The translations under genes and the position numbers were made by a program. Source: an uncultured Christensenella sp. (GTDB lineage: Bacteria > Bacillota > Clostridia > Christensenellales > UBA3700). Taken from it: a stretch of 64,000 nt of DNA. Position 1 is the first letter of the stretch; every line of letters begins with the position of its first letter. Of this stretch, positions 36,110 through 45,863 are shown one piece after another. Below the pieces are notes generated by a model, which worked only from the letters and a program-made list of their open reading frames with translations, had not been told where the DNA came from and ran no database searches. The stretch is taken from NCBI GenBank assembly GCA_950079155.1, contig CATMWH010000001.1, positions 2,982 through 66,981 on the forward strand. Direction: 5' to 3'.

Positions 36110-36820
36110 ATGGAAAAGACCGTTCAACTTTATGAAGGCAAGGCAAAGAGGGTTTACGCCACGACAGATCCCGATATCGTATTGGTATCTTACAAAGACG
36201 ACGCTACGGCATTTAACGGACTTAAGAAGGGCACGATTCTCGGCAAAGGCGTTGTCAACAACGTCTGCAGCAATCATATGTTTAGACTTTTGGAAGCAAA
36301 AGGCGTTCCTACTCATTACGTTGAAGAGATCAACGAGAGAGAGACTTTTGTCAAAAAAGTTGAGATTGTACCGCTTGAAGTAATTATTCGCAACAGAGCG
36401 GCAGGATCTTTTTCAAAGAGATACGGCGTTGCGGAGGGTACCCAACTTGCGACGACCGTCATAGAGTTTAGTTATAAGAACGACGATTTGGGAGATCCGC
36501 TTATCAACGACTATCACGCTTTGGCGCTTAAGTTGGCTACAAAGGAAGAGATAGAGAAGATCAAAGAACTTGCTTTTAAGGTCAACGACTTTATGAAAAC
36601 ATACTTCAGCGAGATAGGAGTAGAACTTATTGATTTCAAGTTGGAATTCGGCAGATTCAAGGGCGACATAATTCTCGCCGACGAAATATCACCCGATACT
36701 TGTCGTTTTTGGGACGCTAAGACCGGCGAGAAACTTGACAAGGACAGATTCAGAAGAGATATGGACGACGTAGACAAGGGCTACAGAGAGATGATGAAGA
36801 GAATGGGTCTTACCAAGTAA
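36110..36820 (+). CDS. purC: SAICAR synthetase
   Basis: 236 aa. [10 protein letters not shown] ... [13 protein letters not shown] ... [14 protein letters not shown]. Confidence 0.95.
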   Translation: MEKTVQLYEGKAKRVYATTDPDIVLVSYKDDATAFNGLKKGTILGKGVVNNVCSNHMFRLLEAKGVPTHYVEEINERETFVKKVEIVPLEVIIRNRAAGSFSKRYGVAEGTQLATTVIEFSYKNDDLGDPLINDYHALALKLATKEEIEKIKELAFKVNDFMKTYFSEIGVELIDFKLEFGRFKGDIILADEISPDTCRFWDAKTGEKLDKDRFRRDMDDVDKGYREMMKRMGLTK

Positions 36821-36858
36821 TCTTCACAAGTTATCGAGATATTTTAAGGAGTAGATAT

Positions 36859-37878
36859 ATGGCAATTGATTACAAGTCCGCAGGTGTGGACGTGGAGGCA
36901 GGTTACAAAGCCGTCAAGTTGATGAAAGAATACGTCAAGACGACATACAATGAAAGCGTTCTCGGCGATTTGGGAAGTTTCGGCGGTTTTTACGCGTTGG
37001 GAGATAAAGAAGATAGCGACTGTCTTGTGGCAGGCACCGACGGCGTAGGAACAAAACTTAAATACGCATTCGTATTGGACAAGCACGACACTATAGGTAT
37101 TGACGCGGTAGCGATGTGCGTAAATGACATTGTATGTCAAGGAGCAAAACCTCTTTTGTTTCTCGATTATATTGCGTTGTCAAAACTCGTACCGGAAAAG
37201 GTTGCCCAGATAGTCAAGGGCGTAAGCGAGGGCTGCCTTCAAGCCGGATGCGCGTTGATTGGCGGTGAGACTGCGGAAATGCCTGGATTTTATGCAAAAG
37301 ACGAATACGATATTGCAGGATTTTCCGTGGGTATCGTCAAGAAGAACAAAATTATCAATGGCAAGAGCATCAAGGTCGGCGACGCTTTGATTGGTATTGC
37401 GTCGAGCGGTATTCACTCAAACGGTTATTCGTTGGTACGCAAACTTTTTGGCGAGGATAGAGAAAGTCTCAATAAGTTCAATGAGACTCTCGGCTGTACG
37501 CCTGCAGAACTCGTGCTTACTCCCACAAAGATATATGTCAAGACGATTTTATCTTTGATAGAGAAGTTCGAGATTAAGGGCATTGCGCACATTACGGGCG
37601 GCGGTTTTATCGAAAACGTACCTAGAATTATTCCTAGCGGTATGGGCGTCAAAATCGACAGAAACAGTTATCCGTTGCCTAGAATTTTCAAGGCGTTGCA
37701 GGAAATCGCAGGTATTGACGACCGTAAGATGTGCAATACATTCAATATGGGTATCGGTATGGTGCTTGCAGTGGACAAGTCTATTGCAGGGGCGGTTGTC
37801 GACGAACTTAGGGCTCTAGGCGAAGAGGCTTATGTAATAGGCGAAGTTACCGATAAAGAAGGACAAGTAGAACTTTAA
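36859..37878 (+). CDS. purM: AIR synthetase
   Basis: 339 aa. [11 protein letters not shown] ... GTDGVGTK ... DYIA ... GGETAEMPG. Confidence 0.95.
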   Translation: MAIDYKSAGVDVEAGYKAVKLMKEYVKTTYNESVLGDLGSFGGFYALGDKEDSDCLVAGTDGVGTKLKYAFVLDKHDTIGIDAVAMCVNDIVCQGAKPLLFLDYIALSKLVPEKVAQIVKGVSEGCLQAGCALIGGETAEMPGFYAKDEYDIAGFSVGIVKKNKIINGKSIKVGDALIGIASSGIHSNGYSLVRKLFGEDRESLNKFNETLGCTPAELVLTPTKIYVKTILSLIEKFEIKGIAHITGGGFIENVPRIIPSGMGVKIDRNSYPLPRIFKALQEIAGIDDRKMCNTFNMGIGMVLAVDKSIAGAVVDELRALGEEAYVIGEVTDKEGQVEL

Positions 37879-37938
37879 TAGGTGTGCCTTGCGATTTTGC
37901 AGGGCATATCCTCATTTTGCTTATAAATCTTGGTGAGT

Positions 37939-38517
37939 ATGAAGAATATAGCGGTATTTGCATCGGGTAGCGGAAGCGATATGCAGTCGGTTATAGACGG
38001 CACATTGAGCGGTCAAATCGACGGCAAGGTCGTTGCGGTAGTTACTAACAAAGAAGGGATATTTGCAATCGAGCGAGCAAAAAAGCACGGCATAGACTGC
38101 AAAACTTTTAAGGCGAAAGATTATGGCGACAGCGAGACGAGAGATCGAGCCATAGTAGAGTATCTCAAAGGATACGGCATAGACCTAATTGTTTTGGCGG
38201 GATATCTTGCAATAGTAACCCCTATATTAGTGGACGAATACGAGGGGCGTATTATCAATATTCATCCGTCGCTTATTCCAAAGCATTGCGGAAAGGGTAT
38301 GTATGGGCTCAACGTGCATAGAAGCGTGATAGAGAGCGGAGATAAAGTCAGCGGCTGTACGGTGCATTACGTAGATTATGGCGCAGACACTGGAGCAATC
38401 ATTGCACAAGAACAAGTTGAAGTAAAAGACGGTGACACTCCCGAGACCTTGCAAGCGAGAATACTCGAAGTTGAGCACAAACTTCTTCCAAGCGTAGTCG
38501 CAAGGCTGTGTAGATAA
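37939..38517 (+). CDS. purN: GAR formyltransferase
   Basis: Starts at the ATG at 37939 (MKNIAVFASGSGSD). Contains INIHPSLIP and VHYVDYGADTGAII. Confidence 0.9.
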   Translation: MKNIAVFASGSGSDMQSVIDGTLSGQIDGKVVAVVTNKEGIFAIERAKKHGIDCKTFKAKDYGDSETRDRAIVEYLKGYGIDLIVLAGYLAIVTPILVDEYEGRIINIHPSLIPKHCGKGMYGLNVHRSVIESGDKVSGCTVHYVDYGADTGAIIAQEQVEVKDGDTPETLQARILEVEHKLLPSVVARLCR

Positions 38518-38526
38518 CGGACTGCA

Positions 38527-38567
38527 TCATTTGACCAAAACGCAGCGACGTTGAGAAGTCGTTTGAA
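38527..38567 (+). repeat. Family-1 dispersed repeat copy (diverged) in the purN-purH spacer
   Basis: tcatttgaccaaaacgcagcgacgttgagaagtcgtttgaa. Confidence 0.5.
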
Positions 38568-38644
38568 GTAATAAATATTTCTCAACTTGACTTAAAACGA
38601 ATTACAAACAAGATAAAATAATAAAAAAGATTAGGAGTAGAATA

Positions 38645-40183
38645 ATGGCAAAAAAAGCGCTTATCAGCGTATCCGATAAGACGGGTATAGTAGAATTGGC
38701 AAAGAGTTTGATTGATTGCGGTTATGAGATTATCTCGACCGGCGGCACATTGAAGGTACTTAATACGTCAGGCGTAAAGGCGGTGGATATTTCTTCTGTG
38801 ACTGGTTTCCCCGAATGTCTTGACGGCAGAGTAAAGACTTTGCACCCAAAGGTACACGCAGGACTTTTGGCTATGAGAGACAACAAAGAGCATATGGACT
38901 TCCTTGCAAGTATGAATATCGACCCGATAGATATCGTTGTAGTCAATCTCTATCCATTCAAGGAGACGGTAAAGAAACCTAATATTGATTTGCAGACGGC
39001 AATAGAGAATATCGACATAGGCGGACCGACTATGCTCAGAAGCGCGGCAAAGAATTACCAAGACGTTGCGGTTATGGTAGACCCTGCCGATTACGCAAAG
39101 GTGCTTGACGAACTCAAGAACGGCGGAATTACCAAGGAGACCAAGTTCTATCTTATGTACAAAGTATATCAACATACGTCTTATTATGATACTTTGATTG
39201 CCAACTATCTCCGTCAGAAACTCGACATAGAGTTCCCAGAACAATTTACAATGGCGTTTGATAAAGCGCAGGATATGAGATACGGCGAGAATCCGCATCA
39301 AAACGCAGTATTCTACAAAGAAGCGTTTGACGTGGAGTGTTCGCTTGCCGTAGCCGAGCAGTTGCACGGCAAAGAACTCTCTTACAACAATATAAATGAT
39401 ACAAACGGCGCTTTGGATTTGCTTCGTGAATTTTCCGAGCCTACCGTAGTTGCCGTCAAGCACGCAAATCCCTGCGGAGTTGCTACTGCCAAGACTATAA
39501 GCGAGGCATTCTTCAAGTCAAACGCGGCAGATCCTACCTCGATATTCGGAGGTATCGTTGCCGCCAACCGTACTATAGACAAAGAGACGGCAGAGCAGAT
39601 ACATAAGATATTCATAGAGATAGTCGTCGCTCCGGATTTTACGGACGAAGCGCTTGCTATACTCAAACAAAAACAAAATATCAGACTTCTGAAGTTGCCT
39701 AATATTATGAAAGCAGTGCCGAGCAACTGCTACGATATGAAGAAAGTCGTCGGCGGTCTGTTGGTACAAGAATTTGACAGAATGGTCGTAGATAAAGACA
39801 AGTGCAAAGTTGTTACGAAGGCGCAGCCTACAGAGGCGCAAATAGAGGATATGATTTTTGCAATGACAGTAGTCAAGCATACCAAGTCAAACGCTATCGT
39901 AATCGCAAAGGACAAGACTATCTTGGGTATCGGCGGCGGACAGGTCAACAGAATAAGAGCAACAAAGCAGGCTATCGCTCATTCACTCACCGACACTCAC
40001 GGCGCAGTGCTCGCCTCCGACGCATTCTTCCCATTTGACGATTGCGTAGAGGCTGCTCACGAAGGCGGTATCGTTGCAATTATGCAACCGGGCGGAAGTA
40101 TCAAAGATCAACTTTCGATAGACGCTTGCGATAAGTATGGAATTGCGATGGTATTCTCGGGCGATCGCCACTTCAAACATTAA
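38645..40183 (+). CDS. purH: Bifunctional AICAR transformylase / IMP cyclohydrolase
   Basis: 512 aa. [10 protein letters not shown] ... STGGT ... VVNLYPF ... [11 protein letters not shown] ... FSGDRHFKH. Confidence 0.95.
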   Translation: MAKKALISVSDKTGIVELAKSLIDCGYEIISTGGTLKVLNTSGVKAVDISSVTGFPECLDGRVKTLHPKVHAGLLAMRDNKEHMDFLASMNIDPIDIVVVNLYPFKETVKKPNIDLQTAIENIDIGGPTMLRSAAKNYQDVAVMVDPADYAKVLDELKNGGITKETKFYLMYKVYQHTSYYDTLIANYLRQKLDIEFPEQFTMAFDKAQDMRYGENPHQNAVFYKEAFDVECSLAVAEQLHGKELSYNNINDTNGALDLLREFSEPTVVAVKHANPCGVATAKTISEAFFKSNAADPTSIFGGIVAANRTIDKETAEQIHKIFIEIVVAPDFTDEALAILKQKQNIRLLKLPNIMKAVPSNCYDMKKVVGGLLVQEFDRMVVDKDKCKVVTKAQPTEAQIEDMIFAMTVVKHTKSNAIVIAKDKTILGIGGGQVNRIRATKQAIAHSLTDTHGAVLASDAFFPFDDCVEAAHEGGIVAIMQPGGSIKDQLSIDACDKYGIAMVFSGDRHFKH

Positions 40184-40242
40184 ACCTTGCGTATCAGCAC
40201 ACTTTTTGTCTAATCTTCGGGTCTCGGAGCGGCAATGTGTAA

Positions 40243-40312
40243 GGCAAGTACATTTGACGCCACCGCTCGCCCTAGATAGGACAAAAATTGCACTAATCTC
40301 CAAGGGTTGATA
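40243..40312 (+). repeat. Family-2 intergenic repeat copy (purH-purD spacer)
   Basis: Shares ordered blocks with 41639-41712: ggcaagtac, caccgctc, ggacaaaaat, ctaatctcca and gttgata. Confidence 0.65.
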
Positions 40313-40338
40313 AGCAATTTTAACAAAGAGGAGTTTTT

Positions 40339-41595
40339 ATGAATGTATTAGTCATAGGCAGCGGCGGTCGCGAACATACGATATGCTGGTCGCTTTCAAA
40401 AAGTCCCAAGGTGGACAAAATATACTGTTTGCCCGGCAACGGAGGTATAAGCCAGATTGCCGAGTGCGTTCCTATATCCGTAATGGACTTTGACGCAATA
40501 ATCGACTTTGTTGACAGTCACAAAGATATTGAGTTGACTGTAGTCGCTCCAGACGATCCATTGGCGGCAGGTTTAGTCGACAGACTTGAGGAGAAAGGGC
40601 ATAGAGCATTTGGTCCTAGAGCCAACGCCGCAATAATTGAGGCGAGCAAGGCTTTTTCCAAGTATTTGATGAAGAAGTACGACATCCCTACTGCAAAGTA
40701 CGAAGAATTTGACAATTACGACAAGGCGGTTGAGTATCTGGCAAAAGCCAAGTATCCGCTTGTCGTCAAGGCTGACGGACTTGCGCTCGGAAAGGGCGTA
40801 ATCATCTGCAATACCAAAGAAGAGGGATTGCAAGCCGCAAAAGAGATGATGATTGACAGCAAGTTCAAGGATGCCGGCAAGAGAGTTATCGTTGAAGAAT
40901 TTATGGTGGGACAGGAAGTATCTATACTTTCATTCTGCGACGGCAAGACTATTATTCCGATGGTCAACGCAAGAGATCACAAAAGAGCGTATGACAATGA
41001 TCAAGGTCTTAATACCGGCGGTATGGGTACTTTCTCTCCGTCTGCTATATATACCGAAGAGGTTGAAGAAGAGGTGATGAACAAAATCATTCTTCCTACC
41101 GTCGACGCTATGAACAAAGAAGGCAGGACTTTCAAGGGAGTGCTTTATTTCGGACTTATGCTCACCGATGACGGCGCAAAGGTAGTGGAATACAACGCGC
41201 GTTTTGGAGATCCCGAAACCCAAGTAGTATTGCCAAGACTTAAGACTGATTTGTGCGATATATTCAACGCGGTCGTAGACGGAACTCTAGACAAGATAAA
41301 TATCGAGTGGACCGACGACGCTTGCGTATGCGTAGTTATGGCAAGCGGAGGCTATCCGGAGAGTTATGAGAAAGGCAAGGAAATTACAATAGGCGATATT
41401 GCTGACAATATTTTGATTTTCCACGCAGGTACGGCTATAAAGGACGGCAAACTCGTTACGAGCGGCGGAAGAGTGCTTGGCGTAACGGCTATGGGCAAGG
41501 ATATACACGAGGCAAGAGCCAAGGCTTATGAGGCTGTAAGCAAAATACACTTTGACGGGGCGTTTTTCCGTAGAGATATAGGCATTAAGAAGTAA
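40339..41595 (+). CDS. purD: GAR synthetase
   Basis: 418 aa. VLVIGSGGREH ... ATP-grasp ... RFGDPETQ. Confidence 0.95.
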   Translation: MNVLVIGSGGREHTICWSLSKSPKVDKIYCLPGNGGISQIAECVPISVMDFDAIIDFVDSHKDIELTVVAPDDPLAAGLVDRLEEKGHRAFGPRANAAIIEASKAFSKYLMKKYDIPTAKYEEFDNYDKAVEYLAKAKYPLVVKADGLALGKGVIICNTKEEGLQAAKEMMIDSKFKDAGKRVIVEEFMVGQEVSILSFCDGKTIIPMVNARDHKRAYDNDQGLNTGGMGTFSPSAIYTEEVEEEVMNKIILPTVDAMNKEGRTFKGVLYFGLMLTDDGAKVVEYNARFGDPETQVVLPRLKTDLCDIFNAVVDGTLDKINIEWTDDACVCVVMASGGYPESYEKGKEITIGDIADNILIFHAGTAIKDGKLVTSGGRVLGVTAMGKDIHEARAKAYEAVSKIHFDGAFFRRDIGIKK

Positions 41596-41638
41596 TCACG
41601 AAGACGAACTCGTATGTCAGCAGTCTTTTTGACATAAC

Positions 41639-41712
41639 GGCAAGTACGCTCACCGCTCAGTTGCCACCGCACGGACAAAAATACAACTAATCTCCACGCT
41701 TGTGGGTTGATA
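41639..41712 (+). repeat. Family-2 intergenic repeat copy (purD-purL spacer)
   Basis: Contains the same five ordered blocks as 40243-40312, at 41639, 41651, 41673, 41687 and 41706. Confidence 0.65.
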
Positions 41713-41722
41713 CTTATTTGAT

Positions 41723-41765
41723 GTCATTTCGACTTACGCGAAGCGAAATGGAGAAATCATATCAG
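41723..41765 (+). repeat. Family-1 dispersed repeat copy
   Basis: gtcatttcgacttacgcgaagcgaaatggagaaatcatatcag. Confidence 0.7.
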
Positions 41766-41783
41766 TATTAATAAACAGATAGA

Positions 41784-41814
41784 GACCTCTCGACTACGCT
41801 TGAGGTGATAAAAC
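41784..41814 (-). repeat. Family-1 dispersed repeat copy, inverted orientation
   Basis: Its reverse complement, gttttatcacctcaagcgtagtcgagaggtc, aligns with the reverse complement of 45722-45756 (gtcatttcgaccaagcgtagcgcgtgaagaaatct). Confidence 0.55.
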
Positions 41815-41837
41815 AAAATATTATTTTGACTGCAACT

Positions 41838-41863
41838 AAGTAGAGTGGAGAAATCTAAATCAG
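41838..41863 (+). repeat. Family-1 repeat, 3' half copy
   Basis: aagtagagtggagaaatctaaatcag. Confidence 0.55.
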
Positions 41864-41917
41864 TATAAAACAACAAACAATATTAATTAGATAAAATAAT
41901 ATATAAAGGAAAGAGAA

Positions 41918-44900
41918 ATGGTAAAGAGAATTTTCGTAGAGAAAAAAGATGGGTACAACGTATCGGCAAAGAAAACTTCTTCCGATATACAAAACGTTCT
42001 TGGCATTGCAGTCGAAGACGTGAGAGAGTTTATCATATACGATATCGAAAATCTTGACGAGGTAAGCTATGCGAACGCCAAGACGACGATTTTCAGCGAA
42101 GCGCCCGTCGACAACTTGTTTGAGCAGATGCCTGACCTGGACGGCTACAGACTTTTGGCAGTCGAATATCTTCCCGGTCAGTACGACCAAAGAGCAGACA
42201 GCGCAATGCAATGCGTGCAGTTGCTGTCTATGTCGCAAAGACCGCTTATCAAGTGCGCAAAACTTTATGCTTTCAAGGGTGTGAATGAAGAGCAGTTTGC
42301 AAGAATACGCAAGTATCTTATCAACCCGGTAGAGAGCAGAGAGGGTTCTATGCAAATTCCGGATACGTTGCAGCAGGAAGTCGTTCAAAATCTCACAGTT
42401 CCGACTATAGACGGCTTTATAGATATGAGCGACAGTCAAGTGCGCGATTATCATAAGAAAATAGGCTTTGCTATGAGTGACAAAGATTTGATTTTTGTCA
42501 GAGATTATTTCAAGGGCGAGCGCCGCAATCCTACTGAGAGCGAAATCAAGGTAATAGATACTTATTGGTCGGATCACTGCCGTCACACTACTTTTGCAAC
42601 TCAACTTACCAATATCGACGTGGACAGCAACAACCCGCACGTTGGCAAGGCGCTTGAATTATATAATGATTTATTTGAAGAATTTAACGCAAAGAGAGAG
42701 GATAAATATCCCTGTCTTATGGACATTGCTACTATTGCCGTCAAAAAACTCAAGAAGATGGGCAAACTCGACAATCTCGACGTAAGCGACGAGATCAACG
42801 CTTGCTCAGTCGAAGTCGACGTTGACAACGACGGCAAACTTGAAAAGTGGCTCATTATGTTTAAGAATGAGACGCACAATCATCCGACGGAAATAGAGCC
42901 TTTCGGCGGCGCGGCTACCTGTCTTGGCGGAGCGATAAGAGACCCGCTTTCAGGCAGAACTTACGTATATCAGGCAATGAGAGTTACTGGTTGCGCAGAT
43001 CCCACAGAAGATATATCTGCGACTTTGAAGGGAAAACTTCCGCAGAGAGTTATCACCAAGACAGCCGCTGCGGGATATTCGAGTTACGGCAACCAGATAG
43101 GCTTGTCGACCGGACTTGTCGCTGAGATGTATCACGAGAATTATAAGGCAAAAAGACTTGAGACCGGGTATGTGATTGCAGGCGCTCCTAAGGAGAATGT
43201 CGTCAGAAGAAAGCCGGTCGAGGGAGATATTATTGTACTTCTCGGAGGAGAGACCGGCAGAGACGGTTGCGGCGGCGCAACGGGATCGTCCAAGGCGCAT
43301 ACGGAAAAATCAGTCGAAGTATGCGGAGCGGAAGTGCAAAAGGGTAATCCGCCAACCGAGAGAAAAATTCAAAGACTTTTCCGCAACAAAGACGTGTCTA
43401 CGCTCATTGTCAAGTGCAACGACTTTGGCGCAGGCGGAGTAAGCGTTGCGATAGGCGAACTTGCCGACAGCCTTGACATATTCTTAGACAGAGTGCCAAA
43501 GAAGTATGAGGGATTGAGCGGTACAGAACTTGCAATATCCGAGTCGCAAGAGAGAATGGCAGTCGTACTCGACAAAAAAGACGTGGACAAGTTTATTGAA
43601 TACGCCAAGAGCGAAAACCTTGCGGCTACGGCAGTTGCGGAAGTAACCGACAACGGTAGAATGAGAATGTTCTATGCCGGCAATTGCATAGTAGATCTTA
43701 AGAGATCTTTCCTCGATACCAACGGCGTAAAGCAAGTGCAAGACGCTCATATCGTAGAGAGAGCAACGAATTATATGGACAGTGTAAATGAGGAGACGCA
43801 AAAACTTTTTGACAAAGGCGAGTTTGCGCAGGCTGTTCAACACGAACTTGCAAGGCTCAACGTATGTTCGACCAAGGGACTTGGCGAAATGTTTGACGGC
43901 ACGATCGGCGCGTCAAGCGTGTTGATGCCGTTTGGCGGCAAGTATCAACTAACTCCCGCTATAGCAATGGCTTGTAAGCCTCCCGTCAGCGGACATACAG
44001 ATACCGCAACGGTATCTACGTACGGATGTTCGCCTCAACTTATGAGCGCTTCGCCGTTCACCGGCGCGATATATTCTATATTGCTGTCTCTGTCCAAGCA
44101 AGTTGCTTGCGGAATAAGCGTAGACACCGTAAGACTGTCATTGCAAGAGTTTTTCAAAAAACTCAATCAAGATAAAGACAGGTGGGGACAGCCATTGGCG
44201 GCTCTTCTCGGCGCGTTGTACGCTCAGATAGGCTTTGGCGTCGGCGCGATAGGCGGCAAGGATAGTATGAGCGGTACTTTTGAGCACATAGACGTACCTC
44301 CGACGCTCATTTCTTTTGCAATGGGCATAGGCAAGGCAAGCAAAATAGTCACAAATACTTTTGCCGAGAATATGGGGGCAAAGGACATATATCACGTTGC
44401 TATACCAAAGGACGAATATTCCATACCGGACTTTGCAAAGACCTTGCAATTATACGGTGCGATTGGAAAGGCTATGGCGGCAGGTAAGATAAAAGCCTGC
44501 AATGTAGTCGAAGAGGGAGGCGTAATCGCAAGCGTATTCAAGGCTTGTATGGGTAACAAACTTGGCGCGACCTGGGACGATATATCTCTGGATATGTTTG
44601 TTCCTTCATTCGGCGACTTTGTAATACTTTGCGACGATATAAGCGACTTAGACGGCTTTGAAGTAGAGAAAGTGGCTGCGCTCAACGGAACTTACACAGC
44701 AGACCTCTGCGGAAAACAACTTAAGATGAGTGACGCCGCGGTTGCATTTGAAGGTACGCTAGACAAGGTCTTCCCGACTACTGCGCCTGCAAGCGGAGAA
44801 GTAAAAAATCTGATATGTTGCGCAAGAAAGGTGGATAAGGCTCCCAGAAATATAGTTCAGCCTAGAGTATTTATACCGGTATTCCCCGGTACGAATTGCG

Positions 44901-45655
44901 AATACGACACGGCAAGAGCGTTTGAGAGAGCAGGAGCAAAAGCCAATATACTCATTATCAAAAACCAAACTTCAAAGGATATAGAAGATTCGGCAGAGGC
45001 TATCGTCAAAGCATTGCAAGAGGCTCAAATTCTTGCATTCCCGGGCGGTTTCAGCGGCGGTGACGAGCCTGACGGCAGCGGTAAATTTATCGCTACGACG
45101 TTTAGAAATCCGCGCATTGCCGAGCAAGTTATGAAATTGCTCTATGAGAAAGACGGCTTGGCTTTGGGTATCTGCAACGGATTTCAGGCGCTTGTAAAAC
45201 TCGGTTTAGTGCCATACGGCGATATAAGAGAGCAAAAGAGCGACGCTCCGACATTGACTTTCAACAATATTTCCAGACACGTATCGACAATTGTCAACGT
45301 GCGTGTGGCTACCAATAAGTCGCCGTGGCTCAGCGGTGTAAAAGTTGACGACGTATTTGCCGTACCAGTCAGCCACGGAGAGGGCAGATTTGTTGCAAGC
45401 GCGGCAGAACTTGACAAAATAGTCAAGGGAGGTCAAGTGGCTACGCAATACGTAGATATGACCGGTAGCGCGACGATGACGTCGCCGTTTAATCCCAACG
45501 GAAGTATGTACGCTATCGAGGGTATTATCTCTCCCGACGGCAGAGTACTCGGCAAGATGGGACACGCAGAGAGAATTGACGCAAATCTTTACAAGAACGT
45601 AGAAGGCAATTACGATATGAAACTATTTGAGTCGGGCGTCAAGTATTTCAAGTAA
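41918..45655 (+). CDS. purL: Single-chain FGAM synthase (large PurL with fused glutaminase domain)
   Basis: 1,245 aa. NETHNHPTEIEPFGGAATCLGG, the duplicated AIR-synthase-like domains, and a C-terminal type-1 glutamine amidotransferase domain (GICNGFQ ... SHGEGR). Confidence 0.95.
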   Translation: MVKRIFVEKKDGYNVSAKKTSSDIQNVLGIAVEDVREFIIYDIENLDEVSYANAKTTIFSEAPVDNLFEQMPDLDGYRLLAVEYLPGQYDQRADSAMQCVQLLSMSQRPLIKCAKLYAFKGVNEEQFARIRKYLINPVESREGSMQIPDTLQQEVVQNLTVPTIDGFIDMSDSQVRDYHKKIGFAMSDKDLIFVRDYFKGERRNPTESEIKVIDTYWSDHCRHTTFATQLTNIDVDSNNPHVGKALELYNDLFEEFNAKREDKYPCLMDIATIAVKKLKKMGKLDNLDVSDEINACSVEVDVDNDGKLEKWLIMFKNETHNHPTEIEPFGGAATCLGGAIRDPLSGRTYVYQAMRVTGCADPTEDISATLKGKLPQRVITKTAAAGYSSYGNQIGLSTGLVAEMYHENYKAKRLETGYVIAGAPKENVVRRKPVEGDIIVLLGGETGRDGCGGATGSSKAHTEKSVEVCGAEVQKGNPPTERKIQRLFRNKDVSTLIVKCNDFGAGGVSVAIGELADSLDIFLDRVPKKYEGLSGTELAISESQERMAVVLDKKDVDKFIEYAKSENLAATAVAEVTDNGRMRMFYAGNCIVDLKRSFLDTNGVKQVQDAHIVERATNYMDSVNEETQKLFDKGEFAQAVQHELARLNVCSTKGLGEMFDGTIGASSVLMPFGGKYQLTPAIAMACKPPVSGHTDTATVSTYGCSPQLMSASPFTGAIYSILLSLSKQVACGISVDTVRLSLQEFFKKLNQDKDRWGQPLAALLGALYAQIGFGVGAIGGKDSMSGTFEHIDVPPTLISFAMGIGKASKIVTNTFAENMGAKDIYHVAIPKDEYSIPDFAKTLQLYGAIGKAMAAGKIKACNVVEEGGVIASVFKACMGNKLGATWDDISLDMFVPSFGDFVILCDDISDLDGFEVEKVAALNGTYTADLCGKQLKMSDAAVAFEGTLDKVFPTTAPASGEVKNLICCARKVDKAPRNIVQPRVFIPVFPGTNCEYDTARAFERAGAKANILIIKNQTSKDIEDSAEAIVKALQEAQILAFPGGFSGGDEPDGSGKFIATTFRNPRIAEQVMKLLYEKDGLALGICNGFQALVKLGLVPYGDIREQKSDAPTLTFNNISRHVSTIVNVRVATNKSPWLSGVKVDDVFAVPVSHGEGRFVASAAELDKIVKGGQVATQYVDMTGSATMTSPFNPNGSMYAIEGIISPDGRVLGKMGHAERIDANLYKNVEGNYDMKLFESGVKYFK

Positions 45656-45683
45656 CAGTAATAATTGAGCAAAGAATAGACCT

Positions 45684-45759
45684 AATGTCATTTCTACCAA
45701 CGAGTAGAGTAGAATTCTATTAGATTTCTTCACGCGCTACGCTTGGTCGAAATGACATT
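45684..45759. repeat. 76-bp palindromic composite of two inverted family-1 units with 11-bp perfect terminal inverted repeats
   Basis: aatgtcatttc (45684-45694) and gaaatgacatt (45749-45759) are exact reverse complements. The two internal halves are imperfect inverted copies. Confidence 0.75.
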
Positions 45760-45786
45760 TTGTAATTATAACAGACAAGACCTTAT

Positions 45787-45820
45787 GTCACTTAGAGCGT
45801 AGTCGTGAAGTCTAATTCTA
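45787..45820 (+). repeat. Family-1 dispersed repeat copy (diverged)
   Basis: gtcacttagagcgtagtcgtgaagtctaattcta. Confidence 0.55.
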
Positions 45821-45863
45821 TTGAAAATTGAGGTTTAATCAAATATATAAAAAGAGGATAGAT

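Noticed and set aside
41855-42640. A 261-aa minus-strand ORF. Similar long antisense ORFs are at 38768-39463, 54240-54941, 33935-34507, 46635-47210, 2316-2894 and 47792-48262.
   Set aside because: All are frame -1 shadows of well-supported sense genes (purL, purH, dnaX, icd, ygiQ, adh, recX). Their sequences are low-complexity and Cys/Arg/Phe-rich, with no RBS or motif.
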